Positions 34,901-49,900 of a stretch of 64,000 nt of DNA are shown one piece after another. The stretch spans positions 106,199,098 to 106,263,097 of the forward strand of contig NC_052148.1 of assembly GCF_902713615.1 (NCBI RefSeq), given 5' to 3'. The notes under the pieces are model-generated. The model was not told the origin of the DNA. It saw only the letters and a list, made by a program, of their open reading frames with translations, and searched no databases. How positions within the stretch are numbered: position 1 is the stretch's first letter; every line of letters begins with the position of its first letter. This stretch comes from Scyliorhinus canicula (lineage: Eukaryota). The position numbers were made by a program, and so were the translations under genes.

Positions 34901-37900
34901 GTAGTTTGTTCATGTCTGTCCTTCAGTTCATTCTGTGCGTCTCTCCCTGATTCTCAGATGTCAGAGATCAAACGCTGTTGTTTTCAATTAACGAAATACA
35001 AATTAAATCGAGGCTTCCTGGTGGTTTTCAAAGTTTTTTTTTCTTGCGCTTGTTTTTCTCAAAATAATTCCAATTGGGATGAGGAAAGAATTGCTGTGTC
35101 GGCCGACCTCTTTTGACCATTGTTTCATTCCGAAATGCCAGTCATTAGAATGTTTGCAATTTCTCAAAAAGCTCAGCTGACAATAAGGAATTGTGATTTT
35201 TTTTTTTTTAACATCTCAAATTAGGATGAGGCCGAATAGAAGGGGTAAAAATAAATTTCAGCAGGGTTGCAAAACGGTCAGATCAGATACCCAGCGTACA
35301 CTCAGGAAAGGAAAACTGTTCAAAGTACTTCGGCCTCAGTTTTTCGCATGATGAGCAATGGGGAGAAAAAAAATATTTGTTTGGAGCCAAAGCAATGGAA
35401 TTGTTGTTTTCACATTAATGGTGGAAAAGAACATTTGGCAACCGCATTTTTAATTATAGTTTGCCGTTTTAGAAATGCTCTGAAGAAATCTGCATGGTTT
35501 AGTGGAGTTTAGGTTGGGAATGTTGTGGTGGGAGAACTCAATAACCCATTGTGTCAAACAATTAAATCGCAGCCCAGTTCAAGTATCCATGAAAGCCCCA
35601 CCCTTCTCAACCTTGTCCCTCGTCTGAAGTGTGGTGACTCATGGTTAAATCACCAGGAACCAGTGATATGTTCTGTAGACTGGCCGATAAGAACGATGAA
35701 CTACAGAACATCTAGTTTAAATAACTTATTATGAAACAACTGTGTGATAAAGATAACTTGGATAAACAAAATAATAAACTCCTAACGCTAACTGACTATT
35801 ATAGAGCTACTCTAAAATACATCTATCTTCCCACACGACTCACCTCCAACCCACCAGACACAGGGTCATGTGGTGGGTTCACACTGCCACCTGGTGGTCG
35901 GAGATTGTGTACAATATTAACTACAGAATTGCTTTATGCATATCATCATAGTCAGCTTTCTCTCAAAGGGGAGAGCAGTCTATGGTCCTCTGGGACAATG
36001 ACGACTTTCTTTCACTATTGCAACCTTCAGGTGTAAAATGGAACTGCAGCTCTGGTGTCTTCCAGCCGTCTAATTACTTATAGTTTCTTGTTATTTTATT
36101 TTTTAAAGTTCTTTTTAATCAATTCCGGATCATTAATCGAAGTACAAACTTATTTAATATTCTTACACACATTTGGGCATAATTTACAGGCCGCGGCCCG
36201 CCGGAATTAGATTGGAAGCGGCTGGTAGATCCCGGGATTGGCCTCTCCTGGGTTTCCTAATGGTCTTTACGTCTCGTGAGATCTCATTAGACGCCACTAT
36301 CTAGATCCCGCCCACAAGGGACAAGACCCAGGCTGCATGGTTAAAAGAGCTTAAAAACTGACTGAGCTATGCTGCTGTCGGATCTAACATGGCTGCCGGT
36401 ATCTATCGGCCTCGCCGAGGGGAATCGAAGGGAGACCCAGGTGATCAGAGGCCCCCAGGTGATCGGCCTCTGGTGTAGGATGGCACCCTAGCACTGCTAG
36501 TACCACCTGGGCACCTTGGCACTGCCAACCAGGACATCCTGGCAGCAGGGCGGCATTTAAAAACAACGCCCTGATCTCTTCCTGCACTGAGGAGCCCCAC
36601 TCACCAGAGCTCCTCAAAGCAGTAAATTACGCTGAAGGCGAGCTCGGGGGTGTGGGTTGCGGAGTGGGGTGAGGCACTCCCAGCCGGGGCCTGGAAACAA
36701 AACAATGTTGTTCGATAGCGGGAGCACCAGAACTGTCCCCATCCACAATGGACTCTTTATTTTTAGTTGAATGGCATCCACATTCTTTTTTTGCTTGTTC
36801 AATGAAACAAGTGAGAGTTTGGGTAATGCCATTTTAGTCTTCAGCTTTCAAGCTTGAAGGATGTAACACATGGCTTATAAGTGATCACAGCGCTGCTTTT
36901 TTACCTGCCAGGCAGGTTTTTAGGCACTTTCAGAATGTGATAAAAAGGCTCTCCTATTTCCCTCGTGTGTAAAGCTGGTGTGCAATAAAGATCAAAAGAC
37001 TTTCCAGCCACCTCCACCACGCCATTAATCTTTTGCGTGCTTTTTGTGTAAGGATTGATGGGACTATTCTCTCTGGTCTTCAAAGCTGCTTCGTGTTTAT
37101 ACACCTGCTAATTGGGTTCAGGGAAAACCATGCCCCAGGTCACCAGGATTAGAATGGGATTTAGAAACAAGAATGCTGGAAATATACGGCAGGGCTGGCA
37201 GAGGGAAAGAAAGATAATACTCCACCTTTCATCAGAACCCAAAATGTCTAATTGATAAAGCCTTTCTTTTAATTTCAATTCCGAACAATACATACTGATG
37301 ATGTATGAACTCCAGTATAATTTTGTTGATGCAGTTACCCAAGAAGATGTCACTATGTTGTGGCCGTTGCTACAGTTGTACCTCATCCCCCTCCTTCAGT
37401 TACCATGGCCTAACTTGGCATTGGCGACCATGGGCCTCCATTGTTTTGGCCCAGGAATATGCTTGGCAAAGCACTGCAGTTGTTGCCGTTGCCTCCTGCA
37501 GTATGGCAGATCAGGAAACTCCCCAGCTCATATCACCTGCCAACAGGAAGGAATTACAGGCTGCTATTCACTCGGTTTACCCATTTTATAAACACACCTT
37601 CTGTGGCCATCAAGTGCTGAATTGGGACATGAACCTGGAGCTTCTGGCCTAGAGGTGGGGATGCTACTACTGCTCCACACGAGCCCCACAATTCTATTAG
37701 TGTTAGTTAAGATTCATTTTAATTTCAGTGGTATTTTACAAAATATCAGTCTTGATTTGGTGCGCCTACACCATGTGGATTCTTCCCATGGAAGCAGATT
37801 TGTGATGGAGCGTGGTCTAATTAGTTGTTAATCTGAGTTAACTGGATGCCTGCTTATAAACAACGCGATTATTAAAGAAATAGAAAAAGCTGATTCACCA

Positions 37901-40900
37901 CAATCCATCTTGTGTATTATCGTGGCTTAATTTATAGCTCCATCTAGTGGTTATTTATATTATGCCAACATTGGTCAATGGTTTAGTTTCCCTTATTTTA
38001 CTAGTAGAATGGCCTCTACTGGACTGTAAATTCTCTGATAACTCGATGTGCTCAAGTCATTGAAGGTGGCAGGACCGGTTGAAGGAGCAGTTCATAAAGT
38101 GTACTAGGCTTCAATAGTAGAAACATGGAGTATAAAAGCAAGGAAGCTATGTTAAATTTTTTATCAAAAACTAGATCGTCCTCAGTTGAAGCATTGTGTC
38201 CAATTCTGCAGGTCACACTTTAAACATATGTACAGGCACTAGACAGAATATAGAGAAGATTGATGGGAATGGTTCCAGAGATCAGAAGCTTCAGTTACTT
38301 GGGGCAGCACAGTGGTTAGCACTGTTGCTTTGCAGCTCCAGAGTCCAAGGTTCGATTCCTGGCTTGGGTCACTGTCTGTGTGGAGTCTGCACCATTTTGG
38401 GCCAGGGTTTAGAGAACACCAAAGTATATTATGGAGTTCACCTGACTCGCACCTTTTAATAGATTTTGGTTATGGGGAGCACAAGGGCCCACTTTACAGG
38501 TGTGATGCAACAGAGATCTAAAGTATGTTTAAACAAAAACAATGTTCATTCTATGAATCCAGATAACATTTTATAAACATACAGTAAACATCTTATCAGC
38601 TACGAACTGATAATACCCACAAGTACAATACTCTATAGGTAACCCTTAATAACTTTCCTAACAACATCCAAAAGTCAAAAAACCCTTTTTAACAAAGATA
38701 GTAGGTTTGCATTCCTTACAGAAACAGCTATTACTTTGAAATCATCAAGTGATATGGAGACATTCTTTAGTAGGCAGAGAGAGAGAGAGCAACCTAAACA
38801 CCTCTTTGGTTTGAATGTAGCTCCCCACTGAAAACGAAACTAAAACTCAGAACCAAAAAACAGTTTCCAGCTCAAGCCAAAAGTAAAATGCCAGAAACAC
38901 AGCTCTGCTCCACCCACACAATGACATTAGTGCAGCTATTTGATGAACACACTTTTCTTAAATGGACCCTCACATGACAGCACATTCTCCCCGTGTCTGT
39001 GTTGGTTTCCCTCTGGGTGCTCTGGTCCAGTTTCCTCCCACAAGTCCCAAAAGACGTGCTGTTAGGTAATTTGGACATTCTGAATTCTCCCTCCGTGTAC
39101 CCGAACAGGCGTCGTAATGTGGTGACTAGGGGCTTTTCACAGTAACTTCATTGCAGTGTGAGGCAGCAGTGCTATCGACAACTATTGTAGGACCCATCAC
39201 TCCTCCTCCCCCTACCCGCAGATCAAATGTCACCTTCTCCAGGGCCAGAAACAGGTACCCTGCCACACCGAGGCACAGGGTGGAGAGGCTGAGCTCCACC
39301 CCACCAACAAGACCCGCCTGTGAACAATCAGCCAGGTGAAGACTAAAACATCTGCCCCTGCACTTGGCTGCAGCTCTGGCCGGTCCAACACCCCGGATAT
39401 GGCTTCTGGGGAGCAGAACCCCTGAAACCGACCTCCGAAACCTTTCCAGCTTCGGGCAGACCCAAAACATATGTACATGGTTTGCAAGAGCTCTCCCACA
39501 TTGCTGACAGATATCCTCCACCCCATCGAACAGCCGGCTCATCCTAGACTTTGCAAAGTGTGCCCTGTATGCTATCTTCAGCTGTATCAGCCCCGGCCTC
39601 GCACATGGAAGTCGAGGCGTTGACCCTCCGCAGCACCTCACACCAGGGGCTGCACGGCGGCACAGTGGTTAGAACTGCTGCCTCGCAACTCTAGGGACCC
39701 GGGTTCAAATCTGGCCTCGGGTGACTGTCTCTGTGTTTGTGTTGTTTCCTCCGGGTGCTCCGGTTTCCTCCCACAGTCCAAACATGTGCAGGTTAGGTGG
39801 ATTGGCCCTTATTATCCAAAAGGTTAGGTGGGGTTACTGGATTTTGGGGATAGGATGGAGGCGTGGGCTTAAGTAGTGGGCTCTTTCCAAGAGCCAGTGC
39901 AGACTTGATGGGCTGAATGGTCTCTTCCTGCACTGTAGGGAATCTATGATACCAAAATACCTCCTCCAGTGCTGCCCCTGATGTGTTGGGTATGCTGGGT
40001 CTGCGAGGACTGCGTTTACCATAGCAGAGAGAGAGACAGGCTACCAACACTTGTAGAAGTACAACTCTATTTTATTTAACTATGAGCTGTTAAACATACT
40101 TGCACTATGGGTTGACACTATGTTAAGTTGACTGGAGATCTGAGGCTAGCCCGACCAGACTATCCTGCTGCCACATGGTAGATGTTCGTGTCGCTGATCA
40201 TGGGCTCTGGCTGTCTCAGAGGCTGCATCCCAAGAGAGCGGGAAAACTAGTGCCCTCTGGCTTTATAGTGGCCGTGTCCTGTCTGGTGATTGGCTGCTGT
40301 GTTCTGTGTGTTGATTGGTCATTCAGTGTGTCAGTCAGTGTCTGTCTATGCACCATCATATACTTGTGTGTATATTGACATCTCCCAGCTATTCCTCCCA
40401 CTTTGCCTTAACCCCCTGCATAGACACCTCATCCTCCTCTAAAAATCCTCCTGTAAACCACCGAGATGACCCCCCTCTCCAACCCCCTCATTGACAGCAC
40501 CACCTCCAAGAGCGAAGAGGCAGGAACTATCAGGAATGTCTGGAAGACCTTCCTCGCAAAGTCCTGCACCTGCATATGCCTGAAACGTTCTCCCCACGCC
40601 AGCCCAAACTCACTCAAGCTCTTCCAAGCTCGCAAACCGCCAACCTTGAAACAAATCTATCATCTCCTTAAACCTCTTCTCTTCCTATTGCCGGAACCTC
40701 GCACCCATCCTCCCCGGCTCAAAGCCATGATTTCCCCCCTAATCGGCATTCCCTGACCCTGCTCCCAACCTAAAATACTCCCGAAACTGCCCCCACATCT
40801 TCAACATTGCCATCACAACTGGGACTCACCGAGGACTTTCCGGAGGAAACCCACGCAGACACGGGGAGAAAGTACAAACTCCACACAGATAGTCAACTGA

Positions 40901-43900
40901 GGTCGGAATTCAACCTGGGTTCCTTGTGCTGCGAGGTAGCAGTGATAACCACTATGCCACCATGCCGCCCATAAATAGGGAGAAACTATTTCCATTAGAA
41001 TCATAGAATTTACAGTGCAGAAGGGGGCCATTCGGCCCATCAAGTCTGCCCAGCACCCTATTTAGCCCACGTCTCCACCCAATCCCCGTAATCTAGTAAC
41101 CTCATTTAAAGTTTGGACACTAAGCGGAAATTTAGCCAATCCACGCAGACACGGGGAGAAAGTGCAAACTCCACACAGACAGTAACGCAAGGCCGGAATT
41201 GAACCCGGGACCCTGCAGCTGTGAGGCAGCAGTGCTAACCACTGTGCCACCGTGCTGCCCCATTGGTGATAGGTTTGAAAATCAGAGTGTACAGGTTTAA
41301 GGTAATTGGCAACAGAAGCAATGAAGGTGAGCAGAAACGTTTTCACACAGTGAGTGGCTAAGATCTGGAATGCGCTACCTGAGAGTGCGGTGGAGATAGG
41401 TTCAATCGAGCCATTCCAGAGAGAATTAGATTATTACCCCAAAAGGAAGAATGTGCAGGGCTACGGGGAGAAGGTGAGGGAATAGTAAATTGGTAAATAA
41501 TACTTTGGGGACCCAGCACAGATATGATGGGCCGAATAGCCTTCTTCCCTGCTGAAGCAATTCTTTGATTCTGTGAGATGAAGGCAACGTGGAATTTAAA
41601 AACAAAATAGATGAAGTGCTTGCCCTGCCATTCTGTGCATTCCTCCAATTCTCTCTCTCTCTTATAGTAATTTAACACATTCCTAACTCTTTGCTTCATA
41701 AAACCTTTATTGTTTCTAAATTTTCCTGCTGTTCTGGTTGTGATGCCTATGTTTAATGTGAATGCAATGTGTTTTATTTTAAGGAAAGGTCTTTTCATTG
41801 TCGGCCATGAAATATATGATTGACATTTTATAAGGTACTTCTAAATTGTAAATTGATCCTGAGGTATGTGTTTACCTCAATATATAATTTCAATATAACT
41901 GTGGAACAATCAGTATTAAAGGAAAGAAATCATTCAGGGTAAGTTGGTGATTAAAGAACAGACCTCTTTTACTTGAGTGGCAATAGTCATCACAGTTTTC
42001 AGACATAGTCAAATCAAACCATGTTAATTCAGCAGAGAGCTCCTATGTTTATTCTCAACAGTGGGAACAGCTGCATTCTATTAGTCTGTTCAGATGATGG
42101 TGATGACAGATTGGATCCAGTCTGTGGAAAAATGACTGCGTGCAAAGGTTTAAACATATTGCATTGTTTTTGCCATCAGGGTCATGATACTACCGCCGCT
42201 GCAATAAACTGGGCCCTTTACCTCTTGGGGTCCCATCCGGATGCACTGAAGAAAGCCCATGAAGAGTTGGATGATGTTTTCGGTAAGGTTTTAAGGGACT
42301 AAAGTGCCTTTGTTTAATTCACCAAAGTGCTTCAAATGAAAATACATTTTTCGGAAATATCTAAAATGTTGACTTATTAGTAGTCCACGTAATATCAAGA
42401 AATGGCTGAAGGCACTGGATCCTGGAAATTATTATAACTGAATTATTATAACTGAATAATTGTTCGTATAGGAAATCAGTATATTATTTAAATAGCGAGA
42501 GATGTCAAACAATGTTCTGGTACATGAAACATAAAAGGTTAATGGGCTGGATTCTCAGTTCTCAGTTTTCACGGTGGAGGACACTAGTACCATTCCTATC
42601 GGGACCATTCCTATCAGGTTCGATTCCCGGCTTGGGTCACTGTCTGTGCGGAGTCTGCACATCCTCCCCGTGTGTGCGTGGGTTTCCTCCAGGTGCTCCG
42701 GTTTCCTCCCACAGTCCAAAGATGTGCAGGTTAGGTGGATTGGCCATGATAAATTGCCCTTAGTGCCCTAAAAGTTAAGTGGGATTACTGGGTTGCAGGG
42801 ATAGGGTGGAGGTGCGGGCTTAAGTAGGATGCTCTTTCCAAGGGCCGGTGCAGACTCGATAGGCCGAATGGCCTCCTTCTGCACTGCAAATTCTATAATT
42901 CTATGATAACAGGCAAATCAGAGGTAATAGAAAGGGAGGAACTTAGAACAACCAACATCAATAGGGAAATGGTACTCAACAAACTATTGGGATTGAGGGC
43001 AGACAAGTCCACTTGGTTTGATGGCCTACATGCTAGGGTGTTGAAGGAAGTGGCAGCGGAGATTGTGGATCCATTGATTATAATATTCCAAAATTCCCTG
43101 GACACGGGAAAGGTTCCAGTGGATTGGAGAAATGCTAATGTTACGCCCTATTCAAAAGGGAGGGAGGCAGAATGTGGGAAATTACAGACCAGTTAGTTTA
43201 ACATCTGTTGTTGGGAAATTGTAAGTATCAGTTATCAAGGAAGTAATAGCAGGACATTTGGAAAGTCAAAATGCAATCCATCAGGGCCAGCATGGTTTTA
43301 TGAAGGATAAATCATGTTTGACTAATTTGCGAGAATTCTTTGACGATGCAACAAGCAAAGTGGATAATGAGGATCCTGTAGATGTAGTATACCTGGACTT
43401 CTGGAAGGCGTTTGATGTAGATCACATGGGATTCAGGATACGTTATGAGCTTGGATAGAAGACTGGCTGACAGACAGAAGACAGAGAGTCGGGATAAATG
43501 GGTCTTTTTCTGGATAGCAAGATGTAACAAGTGGGGTGCCACCGGGTTCGGACCTTGGCCCCCAGCTATTTACAATCTACATAAATGACTTGGATACAGG
43601 GATAGAAGGCTCTATAGCCAAATTCACAAATGACACAAAAATAGGTGGGACAGTAAGTTGCAAGAGGATATAAGAACCTTACAAATGGATAGAGGTAGGT
43701 TAGGAGAGTGAACCAAAATGTGGCAGATGGAGTTTAACGTGGATAAGAGACCATGCATTTTGGTCGCAAAAATGGGAAGGCAACTTATTTTTTTAAAAAG
43801 AGATATTTTTATTCCAAATGTTCAACTGTTTACATTTTACAACAACAATAACCCACCCAATACATTAAACTCTCCAACCACCCCCTCAGCCGTCAATGGT

Positions 43901-46900
43901 AACCAACTCTCCAAAATGCAGAATCATCAAGCTGTAGCTTTCGTGGAACCTATCATTCACCCCCTTAGAGCAAATTTCACTTTCCCCAGGGCGAAGAATC
44001 CCAACAGTTCCCCCCTGCCACGCCAAGGCACAGGGTGGAGAAGCTGATCTCCACCCCAACAAGACCCGCTTGCGAGCGATCAGCGAGGTGAAGGCTAAAA
44101 CATCTGTCTCCGTACCCGTCTGCAACTCCGGCCGGTCCAACACCCCAAATATGGCTTCCAGGGGACCGGGCTCCATATCCAAAAGCTTTCCAGCTTCAGG
44201 AAATACCAGTACATTGGCATACGATTCGCAGGACCCCTCCTACACCACTCACAGATATCCTCCTCCCCCTCAAACAGCCGGCTCAACCTTGACTTCGTCA
44301 GGTGCGCCCTGTACATCACACATGAAGTCGAGGCATTCACCTTCCGCAGCAGCTCACCCACAGACCCTCCTCCAACGCTGTCCCCAACGCCTCCTTCTGC
44401 TTAGCCTTTACCCCCTCTATGGACACTTTATTCTCTTCTAAGATCCTCCCATAATTCGTCACAATGACCCCCACCCTCACCAACTCCCCCACTGATAGCA
44501 TCTCCTTCAGCATCGAGGAGGCAGGTGATATTGGGAAGGTCGGGAAGATCTTTCTCACAAAGTCCCGCACTTGCATGTGCTGGAAACTCTCCCCCTGCAC
44601 CAACCCAAACTTCTTATTCAGCTCCTCCAGGCTCGCAAACCGCTCTCTCAGAATCAAACTCTTCATATATCCCCCTCTCCTCCCATCCCCGGAACCTCAC
44701 ATCCATCCTCCCTGGCTCAAATCCGTGATTTCCCCTGATTGTCATCCCTCTGACAAGGCTCCCAACCTAAAATATTTTTTTCAGAAAATATTTCATTGAG
44801 GCATTTATAATTTGAACACTTTTCAACAACTGCATCCAACAGAACCCACAACAAAATAACCATCATCCCCCCCGAACACAAACCCCAACCAACATGGCTT
44901 ATAAAAACACACCGCCAGCCCTCCCCGGCACCCACGCCATCGATTTTCCTACCCTTACCCAACCCCCTACATGAGCCTGACTCCATCCTTACCCACAAAG
45001 CCCCTGCCTCCCTATTCCATCCCATAACCTTCTCTGCATTCACCTCCCAGTAATACTACATCAGATTTGGGTGGCCTAACCCCCATCTGACTACCGTCTT
45101 CGCTGACTCTATAACCCACACTCCATCTTTAGCAGCAATGAAATGGTGGTCTGTCCCATCGTTTTCGGCAAGGCTCCCTCCTGACTATCGTGTCCTCAAA
45201 CATTTCCACCAGCAACGGTGCGAGCTTATCCTTACATTTTTTGTAAAATTCCCCTGGGAGTCCATTCGGCCCCGCTGCCTTCCCCGTTTGCATCTTTCTG
45301 ATTGCCGCCTTCACTTCTTTTACCTCCATCGTCTCCTCCAGCCCCGCCTTCTCCCTGTCACCCAACCTTGGGCACTCTAACCTCTCCAAAAACTCCCTCA
45401 TTTCCCGCTCATCATCTGATGGCTCCGACTTGTACAAGTCCCTGTAAAACACCTCAAGCACCTTGTTAATCTGCTCTGGGCCACCACCAATTCCCCCCGT
45501 CCTATCCCAAAACCAAACTAGCTCCCTTGCCGCGGCCTCCCAACGAAGCTCACCTGCCAACATACGACCTGCCTTCTCCCCCTTATGAGACAGCCTCCCT
45601 CACCCTTATGAGCCGACACACCGCTTTCCCCCTGGACAGCATGTTCAATCTCGCCTGCAGCTCCTCTTTGCCAGGAGGCCCAATCCAGGTACCCCGCTTA
45701 CCTCCCTTCCACCTCCAAAATCTCTTCTATCAACCGTTGACGTTCTTCCCTCTCCTCCCTATCCACCTTTGCCTCAAACAGGATCACCTCCCCCCTCCCG
45801 ACCACAAATACCTTCAAAGACATCAAACCACCAACCGTGAGACTTCCCCCGTACAATTGAATCCCACATACTCCTCAGTTACCTTCCTCACCTTATCACA
45901 GAAACTCCAACAACCACACAACCATCCTCACCCCGCCTTCTCCGCCAACCCCTTCTCCAGCACCACATCCATCAAGTGTGGAGTGTGATCCAAGGTCACA
46001 ATTGCCGAATACTGTGCCCTCTCAACTAACAGCACCTTTCCCATCACAAAAAAGTTGATCCTTGAGAACACCTTGTGTGCCGGGAGAAAAAAATGAATAC
46101 TACCGATCCCTCAGGTGTAAAGTCTTCACGGGTCAGCCCCACCCATCTCCCTCATAAGCCTGGCCAGTGCCTTCTCGCTCTCCGATGGGATCAGTGAGCG
46201 CGGCTAGGACCTGTTCACTCTTTGCTTCAGCACTGTGGTCCTTTACCCTCAATTGGGCCTTTTGCAGCATCACTACATCGGCTTTTACACTCTACAAGTG
46301 CGCAAATATTCTTGCTCTCTTCACTGGTCCCCCTAACCACATGTTCCACGTCACACCAGGTGTCCCCCCCCCCCCCGCCCCCCCACCCCCTATGCCTGCC
46401 CTGTCCGCCATCATCATTGCCCGGACCCGCCCCATCCTTTGGTTACCGTTGACTCCCCACAGCCCCTTCCCAGAATCCCCTCCATCCACTTCCTCACGCA
46501 AACACCTCACCCAGTTTCACACCTGCTCGACCAGGCTCCAACAAGCACGGCCCCTCCCCCCACCACACTCTCATTCACGAGCCAGTCTTCATTTGCTAGC
46601 AATAGCAAGGTGATCCCTGCCACAGCCCTCCCTCATCCCAACCACACCCTCAGCAACCCAGACCCCCAGAAATCATTTGACACCCCCACCCCACACCAAA
46701 AGCCAACTCCACCCTCCTAGCCGTACCGTCAGAGTGGGGAGATTACAACCACTAAAGAGAAAAAGACACATCCATAAGAAGAAACATAAGCACATTAAAA
46801 CTCTCCCCATTGCGAATAGCTGAAAGAAAACCGTTCCCAGTCAACCTCCTCCAAGTCCTGATCCCAACTCTCATCTCAGTCCCAGTCCTTCACGAACGCC

Positions 46901-49900
46901 TCCACCACCTCCGCCGTTTCAAAATAAAAGTCCTTTGAGTTATGAGTCACTCTCAGCTTCGCTGGGTAGACCACTCTGAACCTCCCCACACTGCGGTACA
47001 GTGCCGCCTTCACCTGTCCGCCCACCTTCTCGCCTGCTCCACCATAAGACCTGGATATATATGTATACTGACACCTTCCCACTTCACGTCCTGCTTCTGA
47101 TTTGCTCAGCTCAAAACTTCCTCCTTCACCTGGTAGCTGTGGAAGCAGATTATGATCACCCTTGGTGCCTCATTGGTTCTGGGCTTCGGCTGGGGCGACC
47201 GATGCACCCTGTCCAGCTCTTTCTCCTCCCCCAACAACTTGGCGAACATGTTCACAAAAAGCTCAGTCGACGTCTGGCCCCCCAGCCCCTCAGTCAAACA
47301 CACGATCCTCAAATTTTGTCTGCTTGACATGTTCTCTAGGTCCTCCAGTGCCCGCAGCTCCTCACCCATCGAGGTGAACTGGTCGCTATGTTGCAATAAT
47401 GTCTCCTCCACCCCTTTCATCGTCTCCCTTTGCTCCCGCACATTGACCAACGTCTTTCTTAATGCCACCTTTATTGGAGCAAGCACCACCTCCACCCACT
47501 CTTTAAGCAAAACCATCATCTCCCTCCGAAGCACCTCTCAATGTTTGGCAAAAAGCCGTTCAAACTCCCCTCACACCACCTAGGTCAGAGTTTCAACTGT
47601 GAGGGGAGCGGCCCCACCTGACAAACTAGCCCCCACCATCTCTCCTCCTGTCGGACTCACAGCAGCATTCGCTGGTGTACTTTTGCTCGCCCCCTTTCTT
47701 CCCAGACCGTTCTCCTGGAACTTCGACATTGACCCATTCCTTACGACTTCCCACACCAAGCCATCCAAAAAGTATCCCTGAGACCAGGCATAAAGACGCA
47801 AAAAACAAAGACTTTAGCAGGAGCCACCCAACATGCGACCTCCATCTAAATATCGCCACCAGAATTCCCCGGGAATGCAACTTATTGTCCAAGTGGGGAG
47901 AGATTTTGGGGTGCTCTGTTGCAGAGGGATTGGGGGTGGGGGTTCTCATTCTTGAGTCGCAGAAAGTGAGCATACAGGTACAGCAGATAATAAAGAAAGC
48001 AAATGGAATGCTGGCATTTATAGCAAAAGGAATAGAGTATAAAGATAAATTGTTGCAACTGTACAAACCATTGGTGAGACCGCACCTTAAGTATTGTGCA
48101 TCATTTTGGTCTCCTTATTTGAGGAAAGATGTAGTGGCATTGGGGGAATCCACGCCGAGATGTAGGCATAGCAAGTAACTAGAAAGGCAAGTAAAATGTT
48201 GTTTGTTCCAGTAAATTGCATTGAAATAATTATCCTTCATTAAGATAATTATAACAGGTCTGTTATGTAGAATAACCTTGATGGTTATAGGCTCAATAAT
48301 AACCTGGTAAACAATATGGATTCAGAGGGGGAGGATTTAGCCTGATCAACTTGCTCGACCGTTGAGAATGTGACATGCCACTTCCTCTTCCCCGTCCCAC
48401 TTTTGGTCCTTGTTATAACCTGCCTGCCTACCACTGGCTGGGGGCTAATGGAAATCCCACAATCCTTTGGGCGTATGAGCTTCCCTAATGAGGGGGGCGG
48501 AGAAATCATTAACAGATTCCCTGCATAAATAAATAAAGCTGACCAGTCTGGAACTGGCTAGAGGAGAGNNNNNNNNNNNNNNNNNNNNNNNNNNNNNNNN
48601 NNNNNNNNNNNNNNNNNNNNNNNNNNNNNNNNNNNNNNNNNNNNNNNNNNNNNNNNNNNNNNNNNNNNNNNNNNNNNNNNNNNNNNNNNNNNNNNNNNNN
48701 NNNNNNNNNNNNNNNNNNNNNNNNNNNNNNNNNNNNNNNNGTAAATAAATGTTATTTCTTTCTATCCTTCAACTCGTGCTGGATTCTTCGTGGCCCTCAC
48801 AAAAGTCCTCTTCGTTCTTCTTCTCCTCCCCCAACCCGCAATGCAATCCTTTCACTCCCCTCCAAGGGCAATATTAAGAATAGAAAAGCAGAATGTTATT
48901 GTTAATATTGATGTGATTTACACATGTTTCTATAATTCGTTTATTAGTCTAAAGATTCACTTTTTTGATTTGATGACACTTTTCCTCAGGTAATTCTGAC
49001 CGCCCTGCTACGATGGACGATCTGAAGAAACTCCAGTATCTTCTGTGTGTTATTAAGGAATCTCTGCGATTGTTCCCTTCTGTTCCAATATTTGGCCGTA
49101 CTTTGCTTGAGGAATGCCATGTGGGTAAGCTCGGCAGTTTTTATCCTTTTACCCTTTTGAAGTAACGGAGAGTAGGTGTAATTTATCATTCGCAACAGGA
49201 ATTCCATTATTTTTCCTCCTGAAATATTTAAGTTGACTGGCTTATAGCTCCCTGGGCTAGTAGGGCAGCCACTATTTCCAAGCAAAGTAGCAAAAATGTC
49301 TTTAACTACTTGTTTTCTTAATTACGATATAGCACAGTGCGTCTCTAACTATGTGCATGGGGATCTGCAGAGACCTCTCAGGGGATCTGTGATGCATATC
49401 TGGCCATACAGTCTGCTACTGTGGGCAGCCACCCAGATCTGGTCAATGGTAGGGAAGCGAGTGATGAGCGGAGGTGGCCTTTGTTCCTCTGGTGCCCTCT
49501 CTGTGTTCCGACACCTCTTTTGCTCTTTTCGTGACAGTTTTGGCAGTGAGAAGCAGGTACAACCGTCTAGCCAATATCTATACGTGAATCTGTTCAGCGT
49601 TTTCTTTGGTTTTTTTGCCACCTTAACTAATGGAAGATAGCAGAAGCCCCATTTACACACTGTCAGTGATGATGGAGGAGGAGGAGAATTCCCAGGAAAT
49701 TCACTGGTTCATGTAACAGAGGAGGATATGAATGGTAAAACCAAGGAAGAGGTGTTTTGAGGGGGCAGAGGGTGCTGGCAGAGACGTATCACTGGGGGGG
49801 GGGCAGAGGGTGCTGGCAGGGATGTATGACTGGGGGAGGCAGAGGGTGCTGGCAGAGACGTATGACTGGGAGAGAGGGGGGAGGCAGAGGGTGCTGGCAG

